Below are positions 47,007-57,192 of a stretch of DNA of 64,000 nucleotides, piece by piece. The DNA comes from Ferrovibrio sp. (lineage in GTDB: Bacteria; Pseudomonadota; Alphaproteobacteria; Ferrovibrionales; Ferrovibrionaceae). The notes below the pieces were generated by a model that made no database searches, was not told the origin of the DNA, and worked only from the letters and a program-made list of their open reading frames with translations. The number at the start of each line of letters is the position of its first letter. The first letter of the stretch is position 1. Both the position numbers and the translations under genes were made by a program. Location of the stretch: assembly GCF_029255545.1 (NCBI RefSeq), contig NZ_JANLJJ010000017.1, positions 8,488 to 72,487 on the forward strand, in the 5' to 3' direction.

Positions 47007-49300
47007 TGCATCTGCCGGATCGCCTGATTGCCCGATCGCCGCAGCCGCCAGTTCAGCCATCGCAATTGGCACCGCAGTTGATGCCGCCCTTATATTCAGC
47101 CGCACCTCCGGCGCAGACAGGAATACTTGACCTTATGTTGCAGCTGTGGCGGCAAAAGGTACTAATCCTGTCGATCGGGTTGTTATGCGCCGGCATTGCC
47201 GTGCTGGTCGCGCGTGCCATGCCGGTCTATTACATCGCCGAAGCAAGAGTGTTGGTTGGTATGCCGCTGCTGCGGGTGATGAATATCGAAGCCGTGATGG
47301 CCGATATCAGCCCTGATGCCGAGCGAATCCAGAATGAAGGCTATATCGTCCAGTCGCGCGCCCTGGCGGAGCAGGTGATTGGCCAGCTTGGTCTGGATGA
47401 CGATCCGGAATTCAATCCGCTACTGCAGTCCAAGCCGCTCTGGCGGCGCCTGCTCGATCCTGCGCGCTATCTGCCGGATGCGTGGCTGCCGGATTCCACC
47501 GCCGAGTCCGAGGATGCGGCGGCGTGGGCGCGGTTCGAAACGGATTCTGTGATCGATACCCTGCTGTCGCGCCTGGATGTGTCGACCCTGGGGCGTTCGC
47601 ATGTGCTGTCGATCCAGGCGAAGGCGCAGGACCCATCGCGCGCCGCGTCCATCGCCAATGCCTTCGCTGATGCGTATCTGGCCCGGCAACGACTGGAGAA
47701 GGTAAAAGCCAACGACGAAGCCGAACAATTCCTGACGGACCGGATCGCCATGCTGCGCCAGCAGGTGGAGAAAGCGGATCAGGCCGTGGAGGATTACCGC
47801 CGACAGAATGGGCTTTACAAGGGCGCAAACGTTGGCGTCACCACCCAACAACTAACCGAGCTTAATACGCAGTTGATCGTGGCGCAGACCGCCAAGGCCG
47901 AAGCGGAAGCGCGCCTCAATGAGGCGCAGAGCCTGAAAAAGACCGGCATAGCCGGAGAGAGTGTTCCAGAGGTGCTCAATTCCCCGGTCATCCAGTCGTT
48001 CAAACAGCAGCAGGTCGAAGCCGAACGGCGCCTGGCCGACCTGTCCAGCAATTTCGGTCCGCAGCATCCGCGCATTCTCAGTGCGCGGGCCGAAATCGCC
48101 GGAATTCGCGGCAGATTGCGGCAGGAGATGGATCACATCATAGACGGCCTGCGCCATGAGGCCAGGACGGCAGATGCACGTTACCAGGCGCTGCGGCAGA
48201 ATTTCGATCGCCTGCAATCCCGGCAGGCCGGGGTGAATGAAAAGTCGATCAAACTGGAATCGCTGGAGCGTGAAGCGGCGGTCAACCATAACCTGCTTGA
48301 CCAGGTGATGAGCCGCGCCAAGGAAACCTTCGGCCAGGATCGCCTACAGCGGCCGAATGGCCAGCTCATATCTACCGCCGCGCCGCCTGCGGCCCCGGGC
48401 TTTCCGCCACGTATCCTGATCGTATTTCTAGGCGCGGTTGGCGGTGTCTTGATCGGCATCATGATCGCGCTGTTGCGGGATAATGCAGATCGCAGTTTTC
48501 GCCGTGGCGACCAGATTGAAGCTTACACAGGCCTGCCGGTTCTGGCCCTCATCCCAGCTCTGAAGGGCCGCATGACCGCCTTGGCGCATGTCATGCGGCA
48601 GCCGTTCTCTCCATATAGTGAAGCCTTGCGGAAGCTGTATATCGGGCTTGAGCTGTCGCAGGCGAAAACGTCACCGAAGACGATATTGTTCGCCTCTGCG
48701 GTGCCGGGAGAAGGTAAGTCAGTGCTGGTTGCTTCCTTCGGCCGGCTGCTGGCCTGCCAGGGGCGCCGAATCCTGCTGATTGACTGCGACTGGCGCAGCC
48801 CCCGCCTGCATCGCTTGCTTCAGTGCAGCAATCGTTACGGCCTGGCCGATCTGATCTGCGAAGACGACGAACAGGCCGCCACGCAGGTTTTTGGGCAGGC
48901 CATCGTCACCGATGCGTTGTCGGGCCTGGATCTGATTCCAGCCGGTCAGTTTACGGCCCAGTCGATGCGCAATCTGGGTGGCGAAAGAATGCAGCGGCTG
49001 CTGCACAGCCTTTCGGGACGTTATGATATGATCCTGCTGGACGCGGCGCCGGTGCTTGTCGGTTCCGAGGTGCTGACCCTGGCCCGTATGGTCGACAAAG
49101 TGGCGCTTTCCGTGCGCTGGGGACATACGCGTCGGGAAGCCGTTGGCGAGGCCCTGAAAAGCCTGATCGATGTGCAGGCCGATTTTGCCGGCGCCGTGCT
49201 GACCCGAGTCGATCCCAAGGGCTATCGCAAATACACCTATGGGCATCTGAACTACGAATATGAACGGCCAGTGCTGGCTCGCTCGGGCAACTGGAGTTGA
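47006..49300 (+). CDS. wzc: Polysaccharide co-polymerase / BY-kinase
   Basis: Two TMs with a coiled periplasmic region; Walker A GEGKS, IDCDWR, LLDAAP; C-terminal Tyr cluster GYRKYTYGHLNYEY. Confidence 0.9.
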   Translation: MHLPDRLIARSPQPPVQPSQLAPQLMPPLYSAAPPAQTGILDLMLQLWRQKVLILSIGLLCAGIAVLVARAMPVYYIAEARVLVGMPLLRVMNIEAVMADISPDAERIQNEGYIVQSRALAEQVIGQLGLDDDPEFNPLLQSKPLWRRLLDPARYLPDAWLPDSTAESEDAAAWARFETDSVIDTLLSRLDVSTLGRSHVLSIQAKAQDPSRAASIANAFADAYLARQRLEKVKANDEAEQFLTDRIAMLRQQVEKADQAVEDYRRQNGLYKGANVGVTTQQLTELNTQLIVAQTAKAEAEARLNEAQSLKKTGIAGESVPEVLNSPVIQSFKQQQVEAERRLADLSSNFGPQHPRILSARAEIAGIRGRLRQEMDHIIDGLRHEARTADARYQALRQNFDRLQSRQAGVNEKSIKLESLEREAAVNHNLLDQVMSRAKETFGQDRLQRPNGQLISTAAPPAAPGFPPRILIVFLGAVGGVLIGIMIALLRDNADRSFRRGDQIEAYTGLPVLALIPALKGRMTALAHVMRQPFSPYSEALRKLYIGLELSQAKTSPKTILFASAVPGEGKSVLVASFGRLLACQGRRILLIDCDWRSPRLHRLLQCSNRYGLADLICEDDEQAATQVFGQAIVTDALSGLDLIPAGQFTAQSMRNLGGERMQRLLHSLSGRYDMILLDAAPVLVGSEVLTLARMVDKVALSVRWGHTRREAVGEALKSLIDVQADFAGAVLTRVDPKGYRKYTYGHLNYEYERPVLARSGNWS

Positions 49301-51729
49301 TCTTGTCCGAGCCGGTCCTATTCGTCACCCAGCATTACGCGCCGGAGACAATCGGCTCCGCGCCCTATTGCACGGATATTGCGGAATACCTGCATGCCCA
49401 GGGGCGCGATGTCACTGTGCTAACCGGCTGGCCGCATTACCCGGACGCGGCGCGTTTCGCTGGATTTCAGCCCGGCGATCGCCAGTCGGGTCGGAAGGGG
49501 CCGGTCATCAAACGGCTGCGGCACTGGCTGCCGCGCCGGCGTTCGGTGGCGGGGCGGATTGCCAGCGAAATATTGTTCCTCCTCGGTGGCATATGGGGGC
49601 TGTTCACCGGCAGCGTGCGGCGGCATGAGGTTGTCCTATCGCTGTGCCCCTCGATATTCGCCGTTGTACTTGGGCAAATAGCCACGGCGAAGGACGGCCG
49701 TCACCTTGTCGTCATGCATGACATCCAGTCTGGCTTGGCTGGTGGGCTGGGCATGGTACGGTTCGGCTTGTTGCTGCGGATGATGCGGATTGTCGAGCGC
49801 ATTGCGCTTAACCGTGCCGATGGATTGCTGGTCCTGTCCGAGGATATGCGGACCAGGCTGCGGCATATGGGTGTGCGGACCAGTATCGAGATTCTGCCTA
49901 TCTGGGTCGATCCGACAGAGATCCACCCGCAACCGCATCGCGACCGGGCGGCGCCACTGCTGCTCTATAGCGGCAACCTTGGCCGCAAGCAGGGGCTGGA
50001 CCAGGTTGTGAGTCTGGCCGAACGACTGGCGGTTTCGCGTCCGGAGATCGGCATTCTCATCCGTGGTGCAGGTGGTGAATATGGTGCGCTGGCAGCGGCC
50101 CTGGCTGCCCGCCATGTGCCGAATGTGCGGTTGGAAGACCTGGTGCCGCGCGAACATCTGGCTGACGGGTTGGCAGAAGGCGACATTCATCTGGTGCCGC
50201 AGAATCCTAAGGGTGCCGATTTTGCAGTACCCTCTAAGATTTATAATATCATGGCGGCTGGTCGTAGTTGCGTGACAACGGCGCCGGAAGGCAGCGCAGT
50301 ATGGCGTCTGGCCGCGGAAACCGGGGCTTTTCTTTGCGTGCTGCCGCATGATCCTGCGGCCTTTGAAGCGGCCATTCTGCAACTGGCTGACAATCCCGGC
50401 ATGCGGGCGGCCATGGAAGCGAATGGCCGGCGATACATCAAGCAACATCACGACCGGGATCGGCTTCTGGCCCGGCTGGATGACCTGCTGACGATGTTGT
50501 CCCGCGATGGTGAAATCCTGCCGCGCCGGCCACGGCTACTCGTTCTGGAACCGGACAGCAATGGCCATACCCGCGAATGGCTAGGCCATATCATCGACCG
50601 GGCCACCGAGCAAACCGATCATGAGGTTTTGTGGTTGGTTCTGGCCCAGAATCTGTGCGATTCCCTACGTGGCAGGATTGCGCCACAGGCTCGTGGCCGA
50701 ATCAGGCTGGTGCCCCTGTCGACTGCAGAGGAACGAGCCTGTCTGCATCGCGGTTTGGTGATTAGTGGTTTTGCCCGCTGGTGGGTGATGCGGCGGTATC
50801 TCAAATCTACCGGCGCCACGGCGGGGCATTTCCTTGCCCTCGATCATCTTTCGCTGCCCTTTGCCCTTGGCCTCGGCGCGGTCGGCCGCCCGGTCGGCGG
50901 CATCCTGTTCCGGCCATCGGTGCATTATTCCAGTCTGGGTTTTCGCAGTCGCGGCTGGGGCGAGTTCGTGCGCGATCTGCGAAAATCCGTGCTGTATCGA
51001 CTGATGTTGCTCAACCGGACCTTGTCCGTGGTGCTGACGCTGGATCCGTTCTTTCCCGATTATGCGGCCGAATCCTATCGCGGTGGGCATAAGGTGGTCG
51101 CGCTGCCCGACCCGGCCTTTGCGCCGCCGGTGGCGGATGTCGGCTTGCATGGAATGTCGGTGCCGCCGGAGCGGAAATTGCTGCTGCTGTTCGGTGCGCT
51201 CAGCGAGCGCAAGGGAATCCTGTGCCTGCTGGAGGCACTGTGCCACGTGCCGGCTATGACGGCTGCGGGCATTGCCGTGGTGATAGCCGGCAAGGTGGCT
51301 TCGGAAATACGGCCGGTGGTGCGGCGCGCACTGGCCCGCCTGCGGAAATGCCGGCCGCAGCTCTGGCTGCATCTTGAAGATCGCTGGTTGGAGGATGTGG
51401 AGATTGCCGGTCTGGTGCGGGCGAGCGATGTGGTGCTCGCCCCCTATCAGCGCTTTGTCGGATCCAGCGGTGTATTGTTATGGGCGGCGCGAGCCGGCGT
51501 GCCGGTTCTGACGCAGGATTATGGATTGATCGCGCGTCTGGTACGGGAATATCGACTGGGCGTGGCTGTCGATGTGACCGACCCGAGGATTCTGTCCGAC
51601 GCAATCACGCGCATGGTCGCCGAGGGGCCCGGAAGCAGCTTCGATGCTACAGCCGCCGAAGCCTTTGCGGCCGCGCGCAGCCCGACTTCCTTTGCCGCGA
51701 CGATCCTGGCGACGGCAAAGGCTGCATGA
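49297..51729 (+). CDS. Two-domain glycosyltransferase fusion (WcaI-like GT4 plus a second GT4)
   Basis: N-half QHYAPE.IG...Y, YSGNLGRKQGL, FAVPSKIYNIMAAG; C-half FGALSERKG, PYQRFVGSSGVL..A. Confidence 0.85.
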   Translation: MILSEPVLFVTQHYAPETIGSAPYCTDIAEYLHAQGRDVTVLTGWPHYPDAARFAGFQPGDRQSGRKGPVIKRLRHWLPRRRSVAGRIASEILFLLGGIWGLFTGSVRRHEVVLSLCPSIFAVVLGQIATAKDGRHLVVMHDIQSGLAGGLGMVRFGLLLRMMRIVERIALNRADGLLVLSEDMRTRLRHMGVRTSIEILPIWVDPTEIHPQPHRDRAAPLLLYSGNLGRKQGLDQVVSLAERLAVSRPEIGILIRGAGGEYGALAAALAARHVPNVRLEDLVPREHLADGLAEGDIHLVPQNPKGADFAVPSKIYNIMAAGRSCVTTAPEGSAVWRLAAETGAFLCVLPHDPAAFEAAILQLADNPGMRAAMEANGRRYIKQHHDRDRLLARLDDLLTMLSRDGEILPRRPRLLVLEPDSNGHTREWLGHIIDRATEQTDHEVLWLVLAQNLCDSLRGRIAPQARGRIRLVPLSTAEERACLHRGLVISGFARWWVMRRYLKSTGATAGHFLALDHLSLPFALGLGAVGRPVGGILFRPSVHYSSLGFRSRGWGEFVRDLRKSVLYRLMLLNRTLSVVLTLDPFFPDYAAESYRGGHKVVALPDPAFAPPVADVGLHGMSVPPERKLLLLFGALSERKGILCLLEALCHVPAMTAAGIAVVIAGKVASEIRPVVRRALARLRKCRPQLWLHLEDRWLEDVEIAGLVRASDVVLAPYQRFVGSSGVLLWAARAGVPVLTQDYGLIARLVREYRLGVAVDVTDPRILSDAITRMVAEGPGSSFDATAAEAFAAARSPTSFAATILATAKAA

Positions 51730-51783
51730 TGATAGTGTTTGCGAAAACGCCTCTGTTTGGTCACGGGCGGTTGCAGCATCGTT

Positions 51784-53406
51784 ATGGCACATCCGGAACA
51801 GAAACAGCTCCGGAGCCGCAGCATGCCTCTCGAAGCCAGATCCAGTTTGAACGACCTGTCGAATGCGATGCGGCACATGGCCGATACGCCACCGCGGCGG
51901 TCAATCGAACGACATTCTCCGGGCCGGGCCTCTACATTGAGGATATCGGCGCCGCTGCATCACAGGAAACCGGTGTCGCTGGATATTGCCAGTGGCATCT
52001 TCCGACTGCTCGACGGTGCGGTCTGTCTTGCGGCGGCCCTGGCATCCCTGCTCGTGACAATGCCCGACCTGCATCTGGCGCCAGCATACTATATCGCCAT
52101 TGCGTTGCTTGGCACGATTATCATGATGAATGCCCTATCGATTGCCGGCCTTTACCGACTGGAATTGCTGCAGGGGGGCGGGTTGCCATTCGGCCGCGTG
52201 ATCATGGCCTGGAGTGCGGCTGTCGCAATCGTTGCGGCCGTCGTGGCGGTCAGCGGCGTTGGCCTAGCGAGCAGTCAGAACTGGCTGCTGCTGTGGCTCG
52301 TGACCAGCGGCTGCGTTCTGCTGGCTTTGCGGGCGATCCTGGTCGTCCGCGTCGACCAGTGGCGACAGGCCGGGCGGCTGTGCCGACGCATTGCCGTATT
52401 CGGCAGTGGCACCGCGGCGCAGGCTCTGTTGCAGCGCCTGACGGAAGGCCGACCATCGACCATGGATCATATTGTAGTCGGCGTCTATGGCGATATTGCG
52501 TCGGCGCATTCTGGACGGGCGGATGTCATGCCGAATCGGGCCATGCAGGAACGGTCCGTGCATGCCTTGTGCGGCGACTTCCAGGATCTGCTTGGCGAAA
52601 TCCGGCGCGAGCATGTCGACGCGGTGATCGTGGCGCCGGCACCAGGCGAAGGGAATCCCGGGGTCGTGGTCGATCGGTTGCGGCAGGCTGCGGCCGATAT
52701 CTACGTGCATCTGGATATTCCGGAGATGACAGGCGGACAAACCGCCTTCGAAAAGATCGGCGGCGTACCCCTGCTGCTGGCAGAGCGGCGGCCATTATGC
52801 GGCTGGCGTGGCATTGCCAAGGCTGTCGAGGATCGAGTCTTTGCTGCTTTTGCGCTTCTGCTGATAGCGCCGCTTCTGGCGTTGATTGCCATCCTGATCA
52901 AGCTCGACAGCCCTGGACCGGTACTGTTCCGTCAGAAACGCTACGGCCTGAACAATCGACTGATCGATGTTATGAAGTTTCGCACCATGCGGCACGATAT
53001 GTGCGACCAGACGGCCAGTCAGTTGACCCGACGCAACGATCCGCGGGTGACGCGGATCGGCCATTTCCTGCGGCGCACCAGCCTCGACGAGCTGCCGCAA
53101 TTCATCAATGTCCTGCTGGGCGAGATGTCGGTGGTGGGGCCGCGTCCGCATGCGACAGCCGCCAAAGCCGCAGGCCTGCTCTATCAGGACGCGGTGCCGA
53201 ATTACGACTGCCGGCACCGTATGAAGCCCGGCATCACGGGCTTGGCTCAGGTCAGCGGCTGGCGCGGCGAGACCGAAACCCTCGATCAGATCCGCAAACG
53301 GGTCGAGCATGACATCCGCTATATCGAGAATTGGTCCCTGTTCCTGGATGCGCAGATTATTCTGCGCACCATCATGGGCGGGTTTACCGGGCGCCAGGCC
53401 TTTTGA
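51784..53406 (+). CDS. wcaJ: Undecaprenyl-phosphate glucose phosphotransferase (WcaJ/GumD-like)
   Basis: N-terminal TMs; [52 protein letters not shown]; start uncertain. Confidence 0.9.
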   Translation: MAHPEQKQLRSRSMPLEARSSLNDLSNAMRHMADTPPRRSIERHSPGRASTLRISAPLHHRKPVSLDIASGIFRLLDGAVCLAAALASLLVTMPDLHLAPAYYIAIALLGTIIMMNALSIAGLYRLELLQGGGLPFGRVIMAWSAAVAIVAAVVAVSGVGLASSQNWLLLWLVTSGCVLLALRAILVVRVDQWRQAGRLCRRIAVFGSGTAAQALLQRLTEGRPSTMDHIVVGVYGDIASAHSGRADVMPNRAMQERSVHALCGDFQDLLGEIRREHVDAVIVAPAPGEGNPGVVVDRLRQAAADIYVHLDIPEMTGGQTAFEKIGGVPLLLAERRPLCGWRGIAKAVEDRVFAAFALLLIAPLLALIAILIKLDSPGPVLFRQKRYGLNNRLIDVMKFRTMRHDMCDQTASQLTRRNDPRVTRIGHFLRRTSLDELPQFINVLLGEMSVVGPRPHATAAKAAGLLYQDAVPNYDCRHRMKPGITGLAQVSGWRGETETLDQIRKRVEHDIRYIENWSLFLDAQIILRTIMGGFTGRQAF

Positions 53407-53433
53407 ACGTTACCGGCATGGCGGAGCGCGGCG

Positions 53434-54621
53434 ATGAGGTGTCTCTGGCTGACCCAGGCCGACCCTGAGCCCAGGCACAACGGCCAGCTAATCTATTCCG
53501 GCGGGCTGATCGATGCGATCGGCGAAAGCGGGGTGCGGGTGGATATTGTCGGCGCAATGCGGCCAGGCTCGCCGCATCGGCCGTTTGACCGCCAGGCAGG
53601 ATTGCGTTGGTTTCTCGCCGAGCAGAAACCGCGTGCGCTATGGCACACGCTGCTGTCGCCCCTGCCCAATGTCGCCGACCGCAACTGGACGCCGGAGTTG
53701 CAGCGCCTGCTCGAAGGGCGGCTGGACGAGAATGGCTGGGATGTGATCGTTTTCGACAGCCTGTCGGCAGGCTGGGCACTGGCACCGGTGCTGAAACGCT
53801 ATCCGCGCCGCGGCCGACGGCCGCGCCTGGTGTATATCGCGCATAACCACGAGGAGAGCTTGCGCCAGCAAGTGGCCCGCGAACACCCAGACCCGCTGCG
53901 CCGCTGCATTCTTCTGCGTGATGCGGCCAAGGTGGCGCGTCTGGAACAGGCGATGGTTCGCGCGGCGGATGCGGTAACGGCGATCACCCCGGAAGACCGT
54001 GACCGGTTTCTGGCCGATCATCCTGGCCGCAATATCGCTGTGATCACGCCCGGATATGGCGGCGCCTATGTCGATCAGCGCTGCATCAGCGCGCGCCAGC
54101 CCCGGCGCGCCGTGATCGTTGGCAGCTTTGACTGGATCGCCAAGCGTCTCAATCTCGAACAATTCCTGGCGGCGGCCGATCCGCTATTTGCCAGTCACAA
54201 TGCCGAATTGCAGGTGATCGGCACGGCTCGCGAAGCGTTCCTCAAGCAAGTCCGACGGCGTTTCTCGGCCACGCAGTTCACCGGACCGGTTTCCGGCTTG
54301 TCGGCATTGATGCAAGAAGCGCGCATTGCGTTGGTGCCGGAGCGGCATGGCGGCGGTTTCAAGCTGAAAGTCCTGGATTATATCTTCAATCGGCTGCCGA
54401 TCCTGGCCTTGGAAGGTTCGGTTGCCGGCATGCCGCTGCGGCATGAAGACAGCATCCTGCTCTATCGCGATTATCGGGCCCTGGCGGCCGGTGTATTGCA
54501 GGTGATCGACGATTACGACCGACTGAACCATCTGCAGGAGCGCGCCTACGCGATCTGCCGCGATCAATTCGACTGGGCCAGCCGGGGCCGCCAGTTGCTG
54601 GCGGCGATTGCCGGACCATGA
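53434..54621 (+). CDS. GT4 glycosyltransferase
   Basis: HNHEE, VGSFDW..K..N, GGGFKLKVLDY...LP. Confidence 0.82.
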   Translation: MRCLWLTQADPEPRHNGQLIYSGGLIDAIGESGVRVDIVGAMRPGSPHRPFDRQAGLRWFLAEQKPRALWHTLLSPLPNVADRNWTPELQRLLEGRLDENGWDVIVFDSLSAGWALAPVLKRYPRRGRRPRLVYIAHNHEESLRQQVAREHPDPLRRCILLRDAAKVARLEQAMVRAADAVTAITPEDRDRFLADHPGRNIAVITPGYGGAYVDQRCISARQPRRAVIVGSFDWIAKRLNLEQFLAAADPLFASHNAELQVIGTAREAFLKQVRRRFSATQFTGPVSGLSALMQEARIALVPERHGGGFKLKVLDYIFNRLPILALEGSVAGMPLRHEDSILLYRDYRALAAGVLQVIDDYDRLNHLQERAYAICRDQFDWASRGRQLLAAIAGP

Positions 54622-55928
54622 TGCGGCACCCCACAGAGGATGGGCGGCTGGACCTGGTCGACATGGTCCTGCTATCGGTCTTCCTGATTGGCATCTATCT
54701 CGGGGTCGAGATTCGGATCACGCCAACGGTTCCGCTGCCCGCCGCACCGGCCGGCATTGCTGGCCTGATCCTGTTGTGGCGGCGGCGCAATGCGATCCAG
54801 CCGCTGCATCTGGCAGGCCTGTCGGGTGTGATCGTGATCTATATGGCAGCCACGCTCTCGGCCAGCGATGCGGGCTTTCTAGGCAAACGCTTCACCGGCC
54901 TTGTACAACTGATCTATTCGCTGGTGATCGGCTACGCGCTGTTCCTCACCGTGGTCGAGGCCGGTCGACGACAGTTGGCCGGTTTGTTCTTCGGTTTTTG
55001 CATCATTATCCTGGTGGGTTGCCTGCTTGAGACATATGCGGGCCTTCGCCCGGTCAGCGATGCCGTCCGCGTCATGCTCTATGATTATGGCGTCTACGAA
55101 TCCGATTTGCGCGATCAACTGCTTTACGGTCGCATCAGGCCGAAGCTCTTTACCAGCGAGCCCTCGGCGGTCACCTTCGGGTATACGTTCTTTAGTTTTT
55201 CCTGGTTCATGATATCGCAGCGCCGCAGCAAGCTGCTCATTTTCCTGCTGCTGCTCGCCGCCGGTCTGGCTGCCATGCCGGGACCGACCTTGCTGCTAGC
55301 CTTGCCGCTGGTGGTTCCCTGCTACTTGTTCGTCGACCCGAATACGCGCAACCGTGCAGGTATCCTGCTGCTTGCCGTGCTGCTGCTGCTGGTCGCCGTA
55401 ATCCTCGGCATGACAGTCTATGCCGAGCGTCTGAGCGATATCCTCGCCGGTGAGGATCCGAGTTTCTTCTACCGTGTGATTGGGCCAGCCCTGGTCGGCC
55501 TGAAGGTGCTGAAAACCTATCCCTGGGCCGGGGCCGGCCTGACAGGCGAGCCGTTCATTGCCGATCTTGTGATGACCGTATTCGTGAAATCGTCGCAGTA
55601 TTCGGCGGCCTGGCGGATCGACAAGATATCTTCGGCGCTAACCAACTATTTCTGGCTGCACTGGATCTATCTCGGCGCCATCTGGGGCGGGATCGCCATA
55701 GTGGGGCTGTCGGTCTGGCTGCGCCTGCTCGGCGTGCCGAGTTTTCTATTCTGCTGGGCGGTCTGGGCCGTACTCGGTCAGGCCTCCGGAGCCTATGTCG
55801 GCCCAAAAACCTGGACGGTATTTCTGCTGGCGGCCGGCCTATCGGTTCTTGTGCGTCGTATGGCGAACATCGCGCCAAATGCGGCTGCGCCGCAATGGGC
55901 GCCCAGCGTTTTTCCTGCCACGCGATAA
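54618..55928 (+). CDS. Wzy-like polymerase / O-antigen-ligase-like membrane protein
   Basis: About 11 TMs; R...FTSEPS and D.S..YR...G periplasmic motifs; inside a Wzx/Wzc locus. Confidence 0.65.
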   Translation: MMRHPTEDGRLDLVDMVLLSVFLIGIYLGVEIRITPTVPLPAAPAGIAGLILLWRRRNAIQPLHLAGLSGVIVIYMAATLSASDAGFLGKRFTGLVQLIYSLVIGYALFLTVVEAGRRQLAGLFFGFCIIILVGCLLETYAGLRPVSDAVRVMLYDYGVYESDLRDQLLYGRIRPKLFTSEPSAVTFGYTFFSFSWFMISQRRSKLLIFLLLLAAGLAAMPGPTLLLALPLVVPCYLFVDPNTRNRAGILLLAVLLLLVAVILGMTVYAERLSDILAGEDPSFFYRVIGPALVGLKVLKTYPWAGAGLTGEPFIADLVMTVFVKSSQYSAAWRIDKISSALTNYFWLHWIYLGAIWGGIAIVGLSVWLRLLGVPSFLFCWAVWAVLGQASGAYVGPKTWTVFLLAAGLSVLVRRMANIAPNAAAPQWAPSVFPATR

Positions 55929-55939
55929 TGAGGCGACCC

Positions 55940-57181
55940 ATGCAACGTCGTGATTTTCTCACTTCAGGGGGCGCGCTGGCAGGCGCCGGCCTGGTTGGAC
56001 CAAGCGCTCTGCAGGCTGCCGTTCCGTCGGCGGGTGCGCAATGGGTATTGTCGGCGGCGGATTTCGGCGCCAGAGGCGACGGCCAAACCGACGATACCGT
56101 CGCCTTGCAATCCGCCCTTGATGCGACATTCTCCGCTGATGGCACGCTGCTGCAGATTCCACCTGGCACCTATCGAGTGACCCGCACCCTGCGGGTTCAC
56201 TTCATCAAACCCTTGACCCGCCAAGGTGGCATCCTGGCGCCAGGCGCGCGACTGGTTTCGGCCATTACGGATGGCTCGCCAGTCGTCGAGGTCTTCAGCG
56301 AAAGCACGGTGCGTTATCTGTTGATCGATGGTCTGGGCATTGAAGGTACAGGCAGCGAAGGGGCTGGCCTCAAGCTCAATTGCGAAAGCTTCGGTCGCTA
56401 CATCTACAATTTCTGTCTGCGCGACCTGGTGGTACAGAATTGCGGCGGCGATGGCTGTGCGATGGCGGGCAATGTCTTTGAGGGCCAGGTCATCAACTGC
56501 TACTTCCGTAATAATCGCGGTAACGGCGCCAGCTTTGCCCATGGCGATCCGGGAGGGATTCTCTCTGCCATCCATGTGATGGGGTGTGTTTTCGGCCAGA
56601 ACGGCGACAACGGCGTGGCTTTGCTGCGCGGTTGCTACGACGTCGGCTTTCACGGCTGTTATTTCCTGCTGAACCAGAAATTCGGCCTGCTGGCGCGCAA
56701 TGGCTGTACGTTGCTGTCGCATTGCGGTTTCGAGAATAATCACGAGAAGGCCACTGCTTTTTCCGTCGGCGATGCCGGTATCTGGCTGCAGGGCTTTGCC
56801 ACGCTGATCGGCTGTACCGCCTATTCGATCCGACACCAGACCCGCCTGCTGCGCGGCTATATTGCGGGCCAGCTCACCATGATCGGTTGTACCGGCAGCG
56901 GCGGTGGTGACGCCGCCATGGCCGGATTGGCGCGTCTGAATGGAACCGGTACGGCCATGGCAACGCTGATTGGCTGCCGCGGCGTCGTACAGACCGATCC
57001 GGGTTTCGAGGCCTTGATGATCGGCGGACCGGGCGAAAGCGTGCGCTTCGGTTCTGACTGGAACAGCCGTTACCTACCAAGGCTGGGCGATTATTCCCTT
57101 TGGGTCGACAGCAAGGAGCGGCTGCGGATCAAGAAGGGTAAACCCGACAATGAGGAAGATGGTGCGCTGGTCGGCGCCTGA
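55940..57181 (+). CDS. Tat-exported right-handed beta-helix protein (pectate-lyase-3-like N-terminus)
   Basis: MQRRDFL Tat motif; DFGARGDG.TDDT.ALQ.ALD, IPPGTY; Cys/Asn ladder repeats. Confidence 0.8.
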   Translation: MQRRDFLTSGGALAGAGLVGPSALQAAVPSAGAQWVLSAADFGARGDGQTDDTVALQSALDATFSADGTLLQIPPGTYRVTRTLRVHFIKPLTRQGGILAPGARLVSAITDGSPVVEVFSESTVRYLLIDGLGIEGTGSEGAGLKLNCESFGRYIYNFCLRDLVVQNCGGDGCAMAGNVFEGQVINCYFRNNRGNGASFAHGDPGGILSAIHVMGCVFGQNGDNGVALLRGCYDVGFHGCYFLLNQKFGLLARNGCTLLSHCGFENNHEKATAFSVGDAGIWLQGFATLIGCTAYSIRHQTRLLRGYIAGQLTMIGCTGSGGGDAAMAGLARLNGTGTAMATLIGCRGVVQTDPGFEALMIGGPGESVRFGSDWNSRYLPRLGDYSLWVDSKERLRIKKGKPDNEEDGALVGA

Positions 57182-57192
57182 CCGGCCGCTCC

